The notes below the pieces were generated by a model, which saw only the letters and a list, made by a program, of their open reading frames with translations, was not told the DNA's origin and did not search any database. A stretch of 61,353 nt of DNA from Arcobacter sp. (lineage in GTDB: Bacteria > Campylobacterota > Campylobacteria > Campylobacterales > Arcobacteraceae), in the NCBI GenBank assembly GCA_965662175.1, contig CBFIGT010000002.1:1-61353 (forward strand). Reading direction: 5' to 3'. Each line of letters starts with the position of its first letter. Position 1 is the stretch's first letter. A program made the translations under genes and the position numbers. This document shows, in pieces, positions 20,050 to 30,719 of the stretch.

Positions 20050-20984
20050 TAAATACCCTCTTTGATATATTTATCTATATTATTCCCAACTAATTCAATA
20101 AGTTTTTTTCTTGACTCTATTGATGCCCAAGCTATATGTGGTGTAATAAGAATATTTTTATTGTTAAGTATTTTATTTAATGGATTAGAGTTCTCTATTG
20201 GCTCTTTATAGAGCGTATCCAATGCAAATTTAACACTCTTTTCTTCAACTATCTTACATATATCATATTCATTTATTATTCCACCACGAGCTACATTAAT
20301 GATTATTGCATTATCTTTTAAGTTTTGCATATTTTCATAATTTATTAAATCTTTTGTTTTTTCATTTAGTGGACAGTGAATACTTATTATGTCTGACTCT
20401 TTTATTAATCTATTTAAATCAACAGATTTATACTCTTTATTGTGATTGCTATTTGATGTGGAATAGTATGTAACATTAGCACCAAATGATGAAGCTATGG
20501 ATGCAACTTTTTCACCTATATTACCAAGTCCAATAACTCCCCAGTTTTTATTTGCTATTTCCATAAAGGGTATATCAATATTTGTAAATATTGGTGATTT
20601 TTCCCATAAGCCTTTTTTTACATAATCTGTATAGTGTTGTGTGTGTTGTATTATATGTAATAAGAGAGCAAATGTATGTTGTGCTACACTATTAGTAGAG
20701 TAACCAGCTACATTTTTTACTATTATATTTTTACTTTTAGCATACTCTAAATCTACATTATTAGTACCTGTTGCTGAAATACAGATTAACTTTATATTAC
20801 AGTTATTCATTACATTTTTATCGATAATTACCTTGTTTGTAATAACAATATCTGCATCGGCAATATTTCTAACTGTTTCATTATATGAAGTTGTATCAAA
20901 TGATTTTAACTCACCAAAACTCTCAAATATTGATATATCAATATCACTACCTAATGTATCTTTGTCTAATAATACAATTTTCAT
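20049..20984 (-). CDS. D-2-hydroxyacid dehydrogenase (glycerate dehydrogenase-like)
   Basis: ATGTNNVD, GLGNIG, IHCPLN, NVARGG, TPHIAW. Confidence 0.92.
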   Translation of the reverse strand: MKIVLLDKDTLGSDIDISIFESFGELKSFDTTSYNETVRNIADADIVITNKVIIDKNVMNNCNIKLICISATGTNNVDLEYAKSKNIIVKNVAGYSTNSVAQHTFALLLHIIQHTQHYTDYVKKGLWEKSPIFTNIDIPFMEIANKNWGVIGLGNIGEKVASIASSFGANVTYYSTSNSNHNKEYKSVDLNRLIKESDIISIHCPLNEKTKDLINYENMQNLKDNAIIINVARGGIINEYDICKIVEEKSVKFALDTLYKEPIENSNPLNKILNNKNILITPHIAWASIESRKKLIELVGNNIDKYIKEGI

Positions 20985-20992
20985 GTTGTATT

Positions 20993-21018
20993 CCTTTACG
21001 TATTATAATACGTAAAGG
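20993..21018. promoter_or_regulatory. Perfect 26-bp palindrome containing the -10 box and SD of the dehydrogenase gene
   Basis: CCTTTACGTATTATAATACGTAAAGG; minus strand gives TATAAT, then AAAGGA, then ATG 20984. Confidence 0.75.
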
Positions 21019-21043
21019 TAGCTAAATTATTCTTGGATTTTGT

Positions 21044-22459
21044 TTATTTTTTATTTGTAAAAATATTTTCAGCCCATTCAGTGATTGGACCTCTTAATAC
21101 TTTTTGTAATTCAATAGCAAAAATATTTACTAAAGATGATTCATTTTTTGTAGATTTTAAAAGCGTAGTTAATGAGTTTGTATATTTATTTACATAGAAA
21201 TTATCTATTTGTTTATTACTTCCAAGTATAACAACTTTACAAGAACTATCAATTCTTGATAAAACCATTTGCATTGTTTTGTTTGACATATTTTGAGCTT
21301 CATCAATTATTACAAAAGCATTTGATAATGTTCTTCCTCTCATCTCCCCTACCCACATAGTCTCTATAAAGTAGTTTTGAATCATTTGTTCAACTCTATG
21401 GTTTAACTCTTGTTCATCAATCTCTTCATACTCTTTATTTTTATTTGCTCTTCTTTTTTTATATTCAGTTCTTACTATATGATCTAAGCTATCCATAAGT
21501 GGATGATTATATATTTTAAACTTCTCTTCAAGTCCAGGTAAATATCCTACATCCTCACCTTTATCAAGTGATTCAATAGAGTTTCTAATATATATTATTC
21601 TTTGATATGCTTTATTTCTAACTAGTTTAAGTGCACCACTTAAGGCTAAAAGTGTTTTCCCTGAACCTGCTTTTGCTTCTACAATTAGAACATTAAAATA
21701 GTGTTGTAGTATTGCATTTGAAAAAAATAGTTGTTCTGTATTTAGTGGTGCAATTATTTGATTTCTAACTTCACCCTCATCTAATAATCTAATTTTGCCA
21801 TTTTGAATTGATGCCAATAGTATTTGGTCTGAACCTCTAACTTTAAAGCAGTATGAGTAGTTATTTACTTTATACTCTTTATCATAAACATCAATATCTG
21901 TATTTTCTATATGCTCTAAATCTTCAAAATTAATCTCTATTTTTTTAATAAATTCAAATATTAGTTCATCTTTATTTGAACCAACTAATGATTGAGTTTG
22001 TATATCAAGTGATATAGCTCTTGTTCTTGCCATTATATCCATTGATAAAAATGTTGACTCATTTTCATAATAACTTGTAGCAAATTTTGCTATTTCAAGT
22101 ATTCTTCTATCATTTATTATATTTAGTGATGTTGTTTTACTAACACTTGTATAATCATTTTTTGATATTATATCAACTGTTGCATTATTCTCATTCTCTA
22201 TTTTTAGTCTAACAATTTTATACTCATTTTGACCACTTGTAAATAAAATAGTTGAATTTTCTAATATTCTTGCGAACTCTCTTGCTTGGAAGTTTATCTC
22301 TTCAAAACCAGTTTTTTTACTATCAATCTCATCTAAAACTGTTTCAGGTAATACAATTAGATTTTTATTTTCATCAGATAATTTAAAGATATTTGTAGCA
22401 TCTTCAAGTAGAATATTTGTATCTAAGATATAGGTTTTATCAAACTCTTTTTTAATCAT
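21044..22459 (-). CDS. PIN-PhoH (PhoH2-type) protein
   Basis: N-terminal PIN (ILDTNIL, VLDEID, NDRRI) plus PhoH ATPase (AGSGKT, GYLPG, RGRT, IIDEAQN, QID). Confidence 0.9.
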   Translation of the reverse strand: MIKKEFDKTYILDTNILLEDATNIFKLSDENKNLIVLPETVLDEIDSKKTGFEEINFQAREFARILENSTILFTSGQNEYKIVRLKIENENNATVDIISKNDYTSVSKTTSLNIINDRRILEIAKFATSYYENESTFLSMDIMARTRAISLDIQTQSLVGSNKDELIFEFIKKIEINFEDLEHIENTDIDVYDKEYKVNNYSYCFKVRGSDQILLASIQNGKIRLLDEGEVRNQIIAPLNTEQLFFSNAILQHYFNVLIVEAKAGSGKTLLALSGALKLVRNKAYQRIIYIRNSIESLDKGEDVGYLPGLEEKFKIYNHPLMDSLDHIVRTEYKKRRANKNKEYEEIDEQELNHRVEQMIQNYFIETMWVGEMRGRTLSNAFVIIDEAQNMSNKTMQMVLSRIDSSCKVVILGSNKQIDNFYVNKYTNSLTTLLKSTKNESSLVNIFAIELQKVLRGPITEWAENIFTNKK

Positions 22460-22968
22460 TTAACAGCCTTTGGTTTCATTATCATATATGAAATAAATGC
22501 GAAAAGTAAAATCATCAATAGTGTAAACAATATAGAAACAGTTTTTACAATCACATATGTAACAATTAATATTGATAATAGTGTTGGAACTTCATTATAT
22601 GCTCTAAAAAATTTCCCACTTTTATAACTATCATTTGTTTCAAGTTTTGTTCTATAATAACCAAGTGAATATGAATAAATTATTAGTAATATTACAACAG
22701 TCAATTTAGCGTGTAGCCACATTCCACTTTTAAACATATCAGGATTTAAAGCTATCATTGCAATACCACTTATAATTGATGCATACATTGCAGGTAAACC
22801 AATATATTTATAGATTTTGTACTCTTGTATCTTTACAACCTCCACATACTCTTTTTTCTCACTATTTTCCACGTGATAAACAAAAAGTCTTGGCAAATAA
22901 AATAGCATCGCCATCCATGACATAACAGACATAACATGAAATGTTAATATCCAAGTGTAATATTCCAT
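22456..22968 (-). CDS. hemJ: Protoporphyrinogen oxidase HemJ
   Basis: WMAMLFYLPRLFVYH, WLHAKL, FRAYNEVP. Confidence 0.93.
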   Translation of the reverse strand: MEYYTWILTFHVMSVMSWMAMLFYLPRLFVYHVENSEKKEYVEVVKIQEYKIYKYIGLPAMYASIISGIAMIALNPDMFKSGMWLHAKLTVVILLIIYSYSLGYYRTKLETNDSYKSGKFFRAYNEVPTLLSILIVTYVIVKTVSILFTLLMILLFAFISYMIMKPKAVK

Positions 22969-24150
22969 TTATAATTCCTTTATTTTTTTAATCCATTCAT
23001 CTAATGTTTTTTCAAAACCCATGGCTTTTGAATTATATAAATCCAAATCTTTTTCCAAATATTGTTGTTTTACATATCCACCAAAATCATGTGGATATTT
23101 ATAATCTAAATGTAGCGAATCTATATGTTTTGGTATAGGAAAAATTTTACCATTTTTAACTTCACTTATAGCTTTGTTTATTGCTAAATAGCTGCTATTT
23201 GATTTTGGTGATGAGGCTAAATAAACTACACATTGTGATAAGATTATTCTACTCTCAGGATATCCGATTTTTGATGTTGAAAGCATAGTACTTACAGCAA
23301 TATTCAAAGCATTAGGATTTGCATTTCCTATATCTTCACTTGCTAGTATGACCAATCTTCTACTTATAAACTCAACACTCTCCCCACCCTCAATTAATCT
23401 TGCTAGATAATATAAAGCTGCATTTATATCAGAACCACGTATTGATTTTATCATTGCACTAGCTAGATTATAATGTGTATCAGAGGATGATGTTCCATCT
23501 CCAATTACAGTTTGTCTTAACTATTTTAATGTTTCACATGAAACATTACTATCAACTTTATAACTATAATCCAAGAGATTTAACATAGCTCTAGCATCAC
23601 CTGAAGAGGAGTTTATTAAATACTCCCTACTCTCAAGCTCTAACTTTATCTTTAATTCATCTTGAGCAATATTTAATATCTTATTCAAATCATCTTTATT
23701 TAGCTCTTTAAATTCAAATAAAAAGCCCCTTGATCTAATAGCATTGGTAAGAGTAAAAAATGGGTTTTCAGTACTTGCTCCAATTATGATTGCATCTTGA
23801 TTTTCCATAATTGGTAGTAGTACTTCTTGTTGATTCTTTGAGAGTCTATGAACTTCATCTATAAAGATTGTTGGTTTTAAAAGTGAATTTTCATATCTTG
23901 TGAAAACTTTTCTTAAGTCCTCAACTTTGATTGAAGTTGCATTAAAATAGTAGTAATCACTGTTTGTGGTTTTTGCAATAATTTTTGCTAGTGTAGTTTT
24001 TCCAGTACCTGGTTTTCCATAAAAAAAAAGGTGTGGGATTTCACCTTTTTTTATAAGTTTATAAAGAGGTTTATCTTTAGCTATTATATGAGATTGTCCT
24101 ATAAAATTTTCTAAGGAGTTTGGTCTTAGTATATTTGATAGATTAGTCAT
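22969..24150 (-). pseudogene. rarA: Replication-associated recombination protein RarA/MgsA interrupted by one in-frame TAG (23521-23523)
   Basis: Track ORFs 23521-24150 and 22969-23454 are in one frame; the gap reads ETLK*LRQTVIGDGTSSSDTHYNLASAMIKSIRGSD; GKPGTGKT, DEVHR, TENP, ASEDIGNA motifs. Confidence 0.88.
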
Positions 24151-24934
24151 TTTTAGTTGCTAGATAATCTTTTAAATTTTTGTACTCCTCTTTTGAAAGA
24201 AATCTACTTTTACCTGTTGGTAAATTGTTTAATGAAATTCCACCATATTCAACTCTTTTTAAATCCATTACATCTAAATTAAAATGAGCAAAAAATCTTC
24301 TTAACTCTCTATTTTTACCCTCATTAATTGATACTTTTAATTTAGAAAAGTTATCTTTTATTGAATCTATTTTATAACCTAAAAATGGAGCAAAAGTCAT
24401 TGATTTAATTTTACTATCTTTTCTTGCACCCTTTGTTGCATCTTCAAGTTCTAAACCATTTAACATAGCCTCTTCTACAACTTTTGTAATAGGACCATTT
24501 AATTTAATCTTATATACTCTTTGTAAATCAGAGTGCATTAGTTCATTTGCAACATCTACGCTATCTGTTAGAAGCAAAACACCCTCACTTGAATAGTCAA
24601 GTCTACCTATTGGTAAAAAGTGCTTATATTTAGCTCCTAGAGTATCAAATATAATCTTTCTACCTTGAGGGTCATTTTTTGTAACTAACTCCCCTTTTGG
24701 TTTGTTATATACAAGTACAGTATACATTCTATTTTTTTCAAATTTTACAACTTTTGAGTCAATCATTACTAAATCATTTGCTGAAACTTTTGTAGCTAAA
24801 TCAGTAACAACTTGTTTGTTAACTTTTACCCTACCCTCAGCAATAATTTTATCAGCTTCTCTTCTTGAAAACTTACTATTATGAGAAATAAATTTGTTAA
24901 GTCTAGTCTCTTCTGTAATTTCATTTTTTTGCAT
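24143..24934 (-). CDS. rRNA pseudouridine synthase (RluB-like) with S4 domain
   Basis: RLNKFI..SRREAD S4; GRLD catalytic motif; EGKNRELRR. Confidence 0.92.
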   Translation of the reverse strand: MQKNEITEETRLNKFISHNSKFSRREADKIIAEGRVKVNKQVVTDLATKVSANDLVMIDSKVVKFEKNRMYTVLVYNKPKGELVTKNDPQGRKIIFDTLGAKYKHFLPIGRLDYSSEGVLLLTDSVDVANELMHSDLQRVYKIKLNGPITKVVEEAMLNGLELEDATKGARKDSKIKSMTFAPFLGYKIDSIKDNFSKLKVSINEGKNRELRRFFAHFNLDVMDLKRVEYGGISLNNLPTGKSRFLSKEEYKNLKDYLATKND

Positions 24935-24943
24935 AATGTGGTC

Positions 24944-25906
24944 CTATTTTATACCTGCTTCAACTAAGTCATGTATATGTAATACACCAAGAAGCTTTTT
25001 ATTTGTGTCTACAACTAAGAGTAATTGAATTTTATACTCCTCAATTACTTTTAATGCATCACTTGCCAATAAATTAACATCATCTAAAAGTTTTGGATTC
25101 ATTGTTGCTATACTATCTACACTACAATCCAATGAAAAATCATTATTCATTAATGCTCTTCTTAAATCTCCATCACTTAATAATCCGACAACAGATTCAT
25201 CTTTATCAACTAATATAACACTTCCAATTCTTCCCTCACTCATTTTAACAATTGCATCTTTTAAAAGTGTTTCACGTGAAACTACAGGAAGATTAGTTTT
25301 TCTAAGTAAATCTGAAACTTTTATAAATAGTTTTTTTCCTAAACTTCCACCTGGATGAAATGATGCAAAATCACTCTTTTGAAAATCTCTTTTTTTCATA
25401 AGACAGATAGCTAGAGCATCTCCAACAGCCATTGTTAATGTTGTAGATGATGTTGGTGCTGTATCTAAAGGACAAGCCTCTTTTGTAACAGTAATATCAA
25501 AAAAGATATCTGCATATTTTGCTAAAGTAGAGTTTGGATTTTTTGCCATTGCAATAAGTGGAATATCAAATCTTTTTAGATGAGGGAGTATTTGTATTAA
25601 CTCTTCACTCTCTCCTGAGTATGAAATTGCTAATACAATATCATTTTTACCAATCATTCCCAAATCACCATGCATGGCTTCTGTAGGATGTAGAAAAAAT
25701 GAGCTTGTACCAGTACTTGCTAATGTTGCTGCAATTTTTCCACCAACTAAACCTGATTTACCAACACCTGTAACAATAAGTTTGCCTTTGGTGTTGTAAA
25801 TTAACTCAACTGCATTGTTCATATCAAAAGAGTTATTTGAAGCTGCTAGCTCCAACTCTTTTGCTTCTGTTAAAAGAACATCTTTTGCAATTTGGTTGAA
25901 ATCCAT
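24944..25906 (-). CDS. kdsD: KpsF/GutQ arabinose-5-phosphate isomerase (SIS + CBS)
   Basis: GVGKSG, HPTEAMHGDLG, APTSST, HPGGSLG; C-terminal CBS pair. Confidence 0.92.
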   Translation of the reverse strand: MDFNQIAKDVLLTEAKELELAASNNSFDMNNAVELIYNTKGKLIVTGVGKSGLVGGKIAATLASTGTSSFFLHPTEAMHGDLGMIGKNDIVLAISYSGESEELIQILPHLKRFDIPLIAMAKNPNSTLAKYADIFFDITVTKEACPLDTAPTSSTTLTMAVGDALAICLMKKRDFQKSDFASFHPGGSLGKKLFIKVSDLLRKTNLPVVSRETLLKDAIVKMSEGRIGSVILVDKDESVVGLLSDGDLRRALMNNDFSLDCSVDSIATMNPKLLDDVNLLASDALKVIEEYKIQLLLVVDTNKKLLGVLHIHDLVEAGIK

Positions 25907-25914
25907 ATTAATCC

Positions 25915-27888
25915 TTATTGTACAAATAGAGTAGGAACAATCATTGGGTATTTTTTATATTTTCTTACACAGTGTTTTCTAACAACTTTTCTAATTTCAT
26001 CTTCTAGGTATTTATTATTTTTAAATACACCCTCTTTTGCATTTTCTAAGAATAGTGATAATAAATCCTCAATCTCTTTTGCAAAAAATTTATCTTGTTT
26101 ATCAGGTACTAAACCAAATGATGTAACTCTAGCTCTTTGTGCTAGTTTTCTATCATCTTGATTAATTTGAGCAACAATCATAACAACACCCTCGTTTGCC
26201 ATTGTTTGTCTATCCATTACAATATCATCAGCAATTTTATGGTTAAGTTGATTATCAATATATACTTTACCTGATTTAACTGTTTTTACTTTTTTAAGAT
26301 ATTTTGGTGTAACTTCAATTTGCTCACCATCACTCATAATATAAACATTTCTTTCTAATACACCACATGCTACTCCTGTTTGACCATGTTTAACAGCATG
26401 ATTATATTCACCATGAATTGGCATAAAGAATTTAGGCTTGATAAGTCTTAGCATAAGTTTTTGTTCTTCTTGAGCAGCATGTCCTGAAACATGAATTTCA
26501 CTAAAGTTTTGATATGCAACTTCAGCACCTGCTTTTAATAAGTGATTAATGATTTGAGAAACACTAGCTTCATTTCCAGGAATTGCTTTAGCTGATAATA
26601 TGATTTGATCACCTGGCTTAATTTTTATATGTCTATGCTCATGAATTGACATTCTATAAAGTGCACTCATAGATTCACCTTGGCTTCCTGTTGTTACAAT
26701 AAGAACCTCTTTATCATTATATTTATGAACTTCGTGTGGATCAATAAATTGATCTCTTGGGAATTTTATATATCCTAAACTCATAGCAAGCTCTAAGTTT
26801 TTCTCCATAGATCTACCAATTACACAAACTTTTCTACCATATTTTAATCCATGGTCAATAGCTTGTGCAACTCTGTGGATATTTGAAGAGAAAGTAGACA
26901 TAATAACTCTACCCTTTGCTTTTGAGAAAATATTATCAAAAGTAGGTCCAACTGTAAGTTCAGATTTTGTAAAACCTGGTGAGTGAGAGTTTGTTGAGTC
27001 TGACATTAAAAGTAAAACACCCTGCTCTCCATAATGGGCAAATCTATGTAAATCAGTTGGATATCCATCTATTGGAGTGTGGTCGATTTTAAAATCTCCC
27101 GTATGAATAATTGTACCTGCATCTGTTTTAATTGCTAAAGAAGATGAATCAATAATTGAGTGAGTAATATGCATCCACTCTATTTCGAAGTCCCCTATTT
27201 TGATTGGTGTTCTTTTTTGAATTGCTCTAAAATAAGATCTATGTTGTCTCATTTTATGTTCATCAAATTTTGAACCAATCATCTCTAAAGGTAATGATGT
27301 TCCATAAACAGGAAATTGCATCTCTTTAAATAAATATGGCATTGCACCAATATGGTCTTCATGTCCATGAGTAATAATTATAGCGTCGATTTTATCTTTA
27401 ATATCTCTAATATGTGTAAAATCAGGAATTAAGATATCTACACCATGCATATCTTCATCAGGGAAACTCATACCAACATCAATAATAATTGCAGATTTTT
27501 CAGTCTCAATTACCATCATATTTCCACCAATTTCACCTAAACCACCAAGAGGTGTAATTCTGATTTTTTGATTAGAATTTAGATTTAATTTATTGTGTGG
27601 ATTTAATCTATCTTTATGAATTCTTTCATTAATAGTGTGAGCTTTTTTTAAGTCACTAATCCAACCATCACCACTTTGATCAGGCATCTTAGGTACTACA
27701 GTTTTTTTTCTTTTATTATTTTGAGGTCTTTTAGCTCTTGGTTTTTTATTTCCAGCATTCTCTTGAGTATTTGTATTTGTGTTATCTGTTTCTTTTGTAT
27801 TTTCTACATTTGTGTTTTGTACTGCTTGAGTAGGAGTACTCTCTTCTACTTTCGTAGGACTATTTGCTTGTGTCTTGTTCTCTTCCAT
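25915..27888 (-). CDS. rnj: Ribonuclease J with low-complexity N-terminal extension
   Basis: GGLGEIG, THGHEDHIG, HVSGH, PIHGE; start reassigned to ATG 27888 (MEENKTQ). Confidence 0.95.
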   Translation of the reverse strand: MEENKTQANSPTKVEESTPTQAVQNTNVENTKETDNTNTNTQENAGNKKPRAKRPQNNKRKKTVVPKMPDQSGDGWISDLKKAHTINERIHKDRLNPHNKLNLNSNQKIRITPLGGLGEIGGNMMVIETEKSAIIIDVGMSFPDEDMHGVDILIPDFTHIRDIKDKIDAIIITHGHEDHIGAMPYLFKEMQFPVYGTSLPLEMIGSKFDEHKMRQHRSYFRAIQKRTPIKIGDFEIEWMHITHSIIDSSSLAIKTDAGTIIHTGDFKIDHTPIDGYPTDLHRFAHYGEQGVLLLMSDSTNSHSPGFTKSELTVGPTFDNIFSKAKGRVIMSTFSSNIHRVAQAIDHGLKYGRKVCVIGRSMEKNLELAMSLGYIKFPRDQFIDPHEVHKYNDKEVLIVTTGSQGESMSALYRMSIHEHRHIKIKPGDQIILSAKAIPGNEASVSQIINHLLKAGAEVAYQNFSEIHVSGHAAQEEQKLMLRLIKPKFFMPIHGEYNHAVKHGQTGVACGVLERNVYIMSDGEQIEVTPKYLKKVKTVKSGKVYIDNQLNHKIADDIVMDRQTMANEGVVMIVAQINQDDRKLAQRARVTSFGLVPDKQDKFFAKEIEDLLSLFLENAKEGVFKNNKYLEDEIRKVVRKHCVRKYKKYPMIVPTLFVQ

Positions 27889-28669
27889 TAATTGCCTTTG
27901 TATATATTTGGCTATACAAAGATGAACTAACTTCATGAGGTCTAACATTATCACTAATTTCAAGCTCTTTAAATATATCAGAGATAAGCTCTTTATTAAG
28001 TATTGAAGAGATATTTTTAGATAATTTTTTTCTAGGTTGCACAAAGCAAGCTTTCAAAAATTTATTAAAATCCTTATCAAGACGTTTAGAACTATCTTTT
28101 TTTATAAATAAAACTGAAGAGACGACCTTTGGAGGTGGCTCAAAAGAAGTTGCTGGTACATCAAAAAGTATCCTAACATCTTTTGAATTTTGCTTAGCAA
28201 TAACTGCTAATGATGAAAACTCTTTGTCTCCAACATTTGCAGAAAATTTTAAAGCTACCTCTTTTTGAATCATAACAATAATATGTTCACAATTATCATC
28301 TTCAAATGCTCTTAATATTATATTTGTGGCAATATAATATGGTAAATTAGCGATCAAATCATACTTACTATCATGTAAACTATTTTGCTTGTCCCATGCT
28401 TCTAAAACATCTGTGTGGATTAGATTTAAAGAAGCATCTTCTATATTGGAAGCAAATTTATCACGTAAAATAGAAAGAAGATCTGTATCAACCTCGTAGG
28501 CAGTTACATCTTTGTATTTGACTAAATTTTTTGTCAAATCACCTAATCCAGGCCCAATTTCTACAATATGATTATTGTTGTTGGGCATCGATTCGATGAT
28601 CTTTGTTAGTACGTTGTCATCTTTTAAAAAGTTCTGACCATATCTTTTTTTTGCTTTTACTTTTTCCAT
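27860..28669 (-). CDS. rsmA: 16S rRNA dimethyltransferase RsmA/KsgA
   Basis: GQNFL, EIGPGLG, ANLPYYI, QKEVA, PPPKV. Confidence 0.96.
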   Translation of the reverse strand: MEKVKAKKRYGQNFLKDDNVLTKIIESMPNNNNHIVEIGPGLGDLTKNLVKYKDVTAYEVDTDLLSILRDKFASNIEDASLNLIHTDVLEAWDKQNSLHDSKYDLIANLPYYIATNIILRAFEDDNCEHIIVMIQKEVALKFSANVGDKEFSSLAVIAKQNSKDVRILFDVPATSFEPPPKVVSSVLFIKKDSSKRLDKDFNKFLKACFVQPRKKLSKNISSILNKELISDIFKELEISDNVRPHEVSSSLYSQIYTKAINGREQDTSK

Positions 28670-28740
28670 AAGGTAGAGATTATATATGAAATTAACTTAC
28701 ATTTAGATAAGATAAAAAGATAAATAATTAAGGAAATATA

Positions 28741-29502
28741 GTGAGTAATTTTGCAAAAAGAATAATACCTTGCTTAGATGTTAAAGATGGAAGAGTTGTA
28801 AAAGGTGTTAATTTCGTAGGATTAAAAGATGCAGGTGACCCTGTTGAAGTAGCTAAAAGATACAATAATGAGGGTGCTGATGAGATTACATTTTTAGATA
28901 TTACAGCAAGTCATGAAAATAGAGATACAATAGTACATATAGTAAAAGATGTGGCAAAAGAGGTATTTATTCCCCTAACTGTTGGTGGTGGAATTAGAAC
29001 ATTAGATGATATTTATAAACTATTAAATGTGGGGTGTGATAAAGTTTCTGTAAATTCAAGTGCAGTTGTAAATCCTGGATTTATAGATGAGGGCGCAAAA
29101 AGATTTGGTAGTCAATGTATAGTTTGTGCTATTGATGTAAAAAGAGTTGCTGATGGTTCATACCATGTTTTTGTAAAAGGTGGACGTGAAGATACAGGAC
29201 TAGATGCCTTAGCTTGGGCTAAAGAGGTTTATAATAGAGGTGCTGGAGAGATACTTCTAACATCAATGGATACAGATGGAGCTAAAACTGGATTTGAATT
29301 AAATATAACTGAACAAATCTCAAATATTGTTGATATTCCGGTGATTGCAAGTGGTGGTGCTGGGACTATGGAACATATAAAAGAAGCCTTTGAACATGGA
29401 GCAAGCGCTGCCTTGGCTGCTTCTATTTTTCATTTTAAAGAGATTGATATTATGGATTTAAAACACTATTTAAGAGATAACAATATTCCAGTAAGGATAT
29501 AA
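28741..29502 (+). CDS. hisF: Imidazole glycerol phosphate synthase cyclase subunit
   Basis: [35 protein letters not shown]. Confidence 0.97.
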   Translation: MSNFAKRIIPCLDVKDGRVVKGVNFVGLKDAGDPVEVAKRYNNEGADEITFLDITASHENRDTIVHIVKDVAKEVFIPLTVGGGIRTLDDIYKLLNVGCDKVSVNSSAVVNPGFIDEGAKRFGSQCIVCAIDVKRVADGSYHVFVKGGREDTGLDALAWAKEVYNRGAGEILLTSMDTDGAKTGFELNITEQISNIVDIPVIASGGAGTMEHIKEAFEHGASAALAASIFHFKEIDIMDLKHYLRDNNIPVRI

Positions 29503-29503
29503 A

Positions 29504-30175
29504 ATGAAAAAACTTTTAATACTAATTTTCCCAATATTTATTTTTGCTTATGAGATTAATTTTAATAAAACCTTTTCTAGGGATTTAATGCCAAATATTT
29601 TAAGTGCAAATATAAGTATAAGTATTGAAGATAAAAAAGAGAGATTAGTAATAAATAGATTAAATATATTTGATAAAGAGATAAAAAAATATAAAAAAAT
29701 TGAGAAAAAACTAGGTACTTTTAATGTAAGACCTGTATATCAACATAGTAGTAATTCACCTATAATAAAGGGTTATATAGGTGAACTAAGATATGAAATA
29801 AGTACAAAAGATGCTCTTTTTATGGGAGAGTTCGTCTCTTTAATTACTAGTTTAAAGGATAATCGAGATACATCAGTTTCATTGGGAAACTTATCTTGGA
29901 AAGTTAAAAGTGATAGTTACAATGTAGCTTTGGATGTTTTAAGATTAGAGGCAATTAATTGGGGTGAAAACTATAGTAAAATATTGTCTCAAGATTTAAA
30001 AAAAGAGTGTGAACTTCAAAGTGTTAATTTTGCAAACTATAATCAAAGACCTATAATGTATGGAACAAGACAACTTAATAATTTTTCTTCAATGGCAAAA
30101 GAGGAGATGGTAATTCCTGAAATGTCAGAAGAAGAGATAACATTAAATACAAATTTTAAAGTGGAGTGTAAATGA
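29504..30175 (+). CDS. Secreted SIMPL/DUF541-like periplasmic protein
   Basis: Signal peptide; overall pattern resembles SIMPL domain proteins. Confidence 0.55.
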   Translation: MKKLLILIFPIFIFAYEINFNKTFSRDLMPNILSANISISIEDKKERLVINRLNIFDKEIKKYKKIEKKLGTFNVRPVYQHSSNSPIIKGYIGELRYEISTKDALFMGEFVSLITSLKDNRDTSVSLGNLSWKVKSDSYNVALDVLRLEAINWGENYSKILSQDLKKECELQSVNFANYNQRPIMYGTRQLNNFSSMAKEEMVIPEMSEEEITLNTNFKVECK

Positions 30176-30708
30176 TAGTTTGTGCTGGAGATATTGAGAG
30201 TTTTAAATTTGCTGAGCCAATTGGAATTGGTTTAGTTGATGTTGCAATAAATTTAACAAGAAGATGTTTGTTTAATAAACCTGAATATCTTTTGTTTATA
30301 GGAACAGCTGGAACTTATGGAAATCATGAGATTTTGGATATTGTTGAGTCAAAGAGAGCTTCTAATTTGGAATTGTCATTTTTAGAAAATAACTCATATA
30401 CACCACTTGATAACGTATTTGAATCAGAAAATAAGTTTGTAAGAAATGATACTATTGTAAATAGTTCAAACTACATAACAACAAATATGGAAATAGCAAA
30501 AAAATATAATGAGTATGGAATTGGAATTGAAAATATGGAGTTTTTTTCAGTTTTAAAAGTTGCCCGTGAATTTGAAATACCTGTTGCTGGAATTTTTTGC
30601 ATAACAAACTACACTAATAAAAATGCCCATGAAGATTTTAAAAAAAATCATAAACAAGCTATGGGAAAAATTACAAAATATTTATTAGAAAAAAATATTA
30701 TAAGATAA
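30172..30708 (+). CDS. Purine nucleoside phosphorylase/nucleosidase-family protein
   Basis: FIGTAG, ENMEF, ITNY motifs of the PNP/UDP_1 fold. Confidence 0.8.
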   Translation: MIVCAGDIESFKFAEPIGIGLVDVAINLTRRCLFNKPEYLLFIGTAGTYGNHEILDIVESKRASNLELSFLENNSYTPLDNVFESENKFVRNDTIVNSSNYITTNMEIAKKYNEYGIGIENMEFFSVLKVAREFEIPVAGIFCITNYTNKNAHEDFKKNHKQAMGKITKYLLEKNIIR

Positions 30709-30719
30709 AAGGAAAAGTA

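Noticed and set aside
23521..23523. Genetic-code reassignment or pyrrolysine at the rarA TAG
   Set aside because: TAG ends other genes normally (e.g. accC); no pyl genes or suppressor tRNA in the window.
27889..28044. Extra 52 codons on RNase J
   Set aside because: Lies inside rsmA; ATG 27888 is the plausible start. The remaining low-complexity N-terminus is known for Campylobacterota RNase J.
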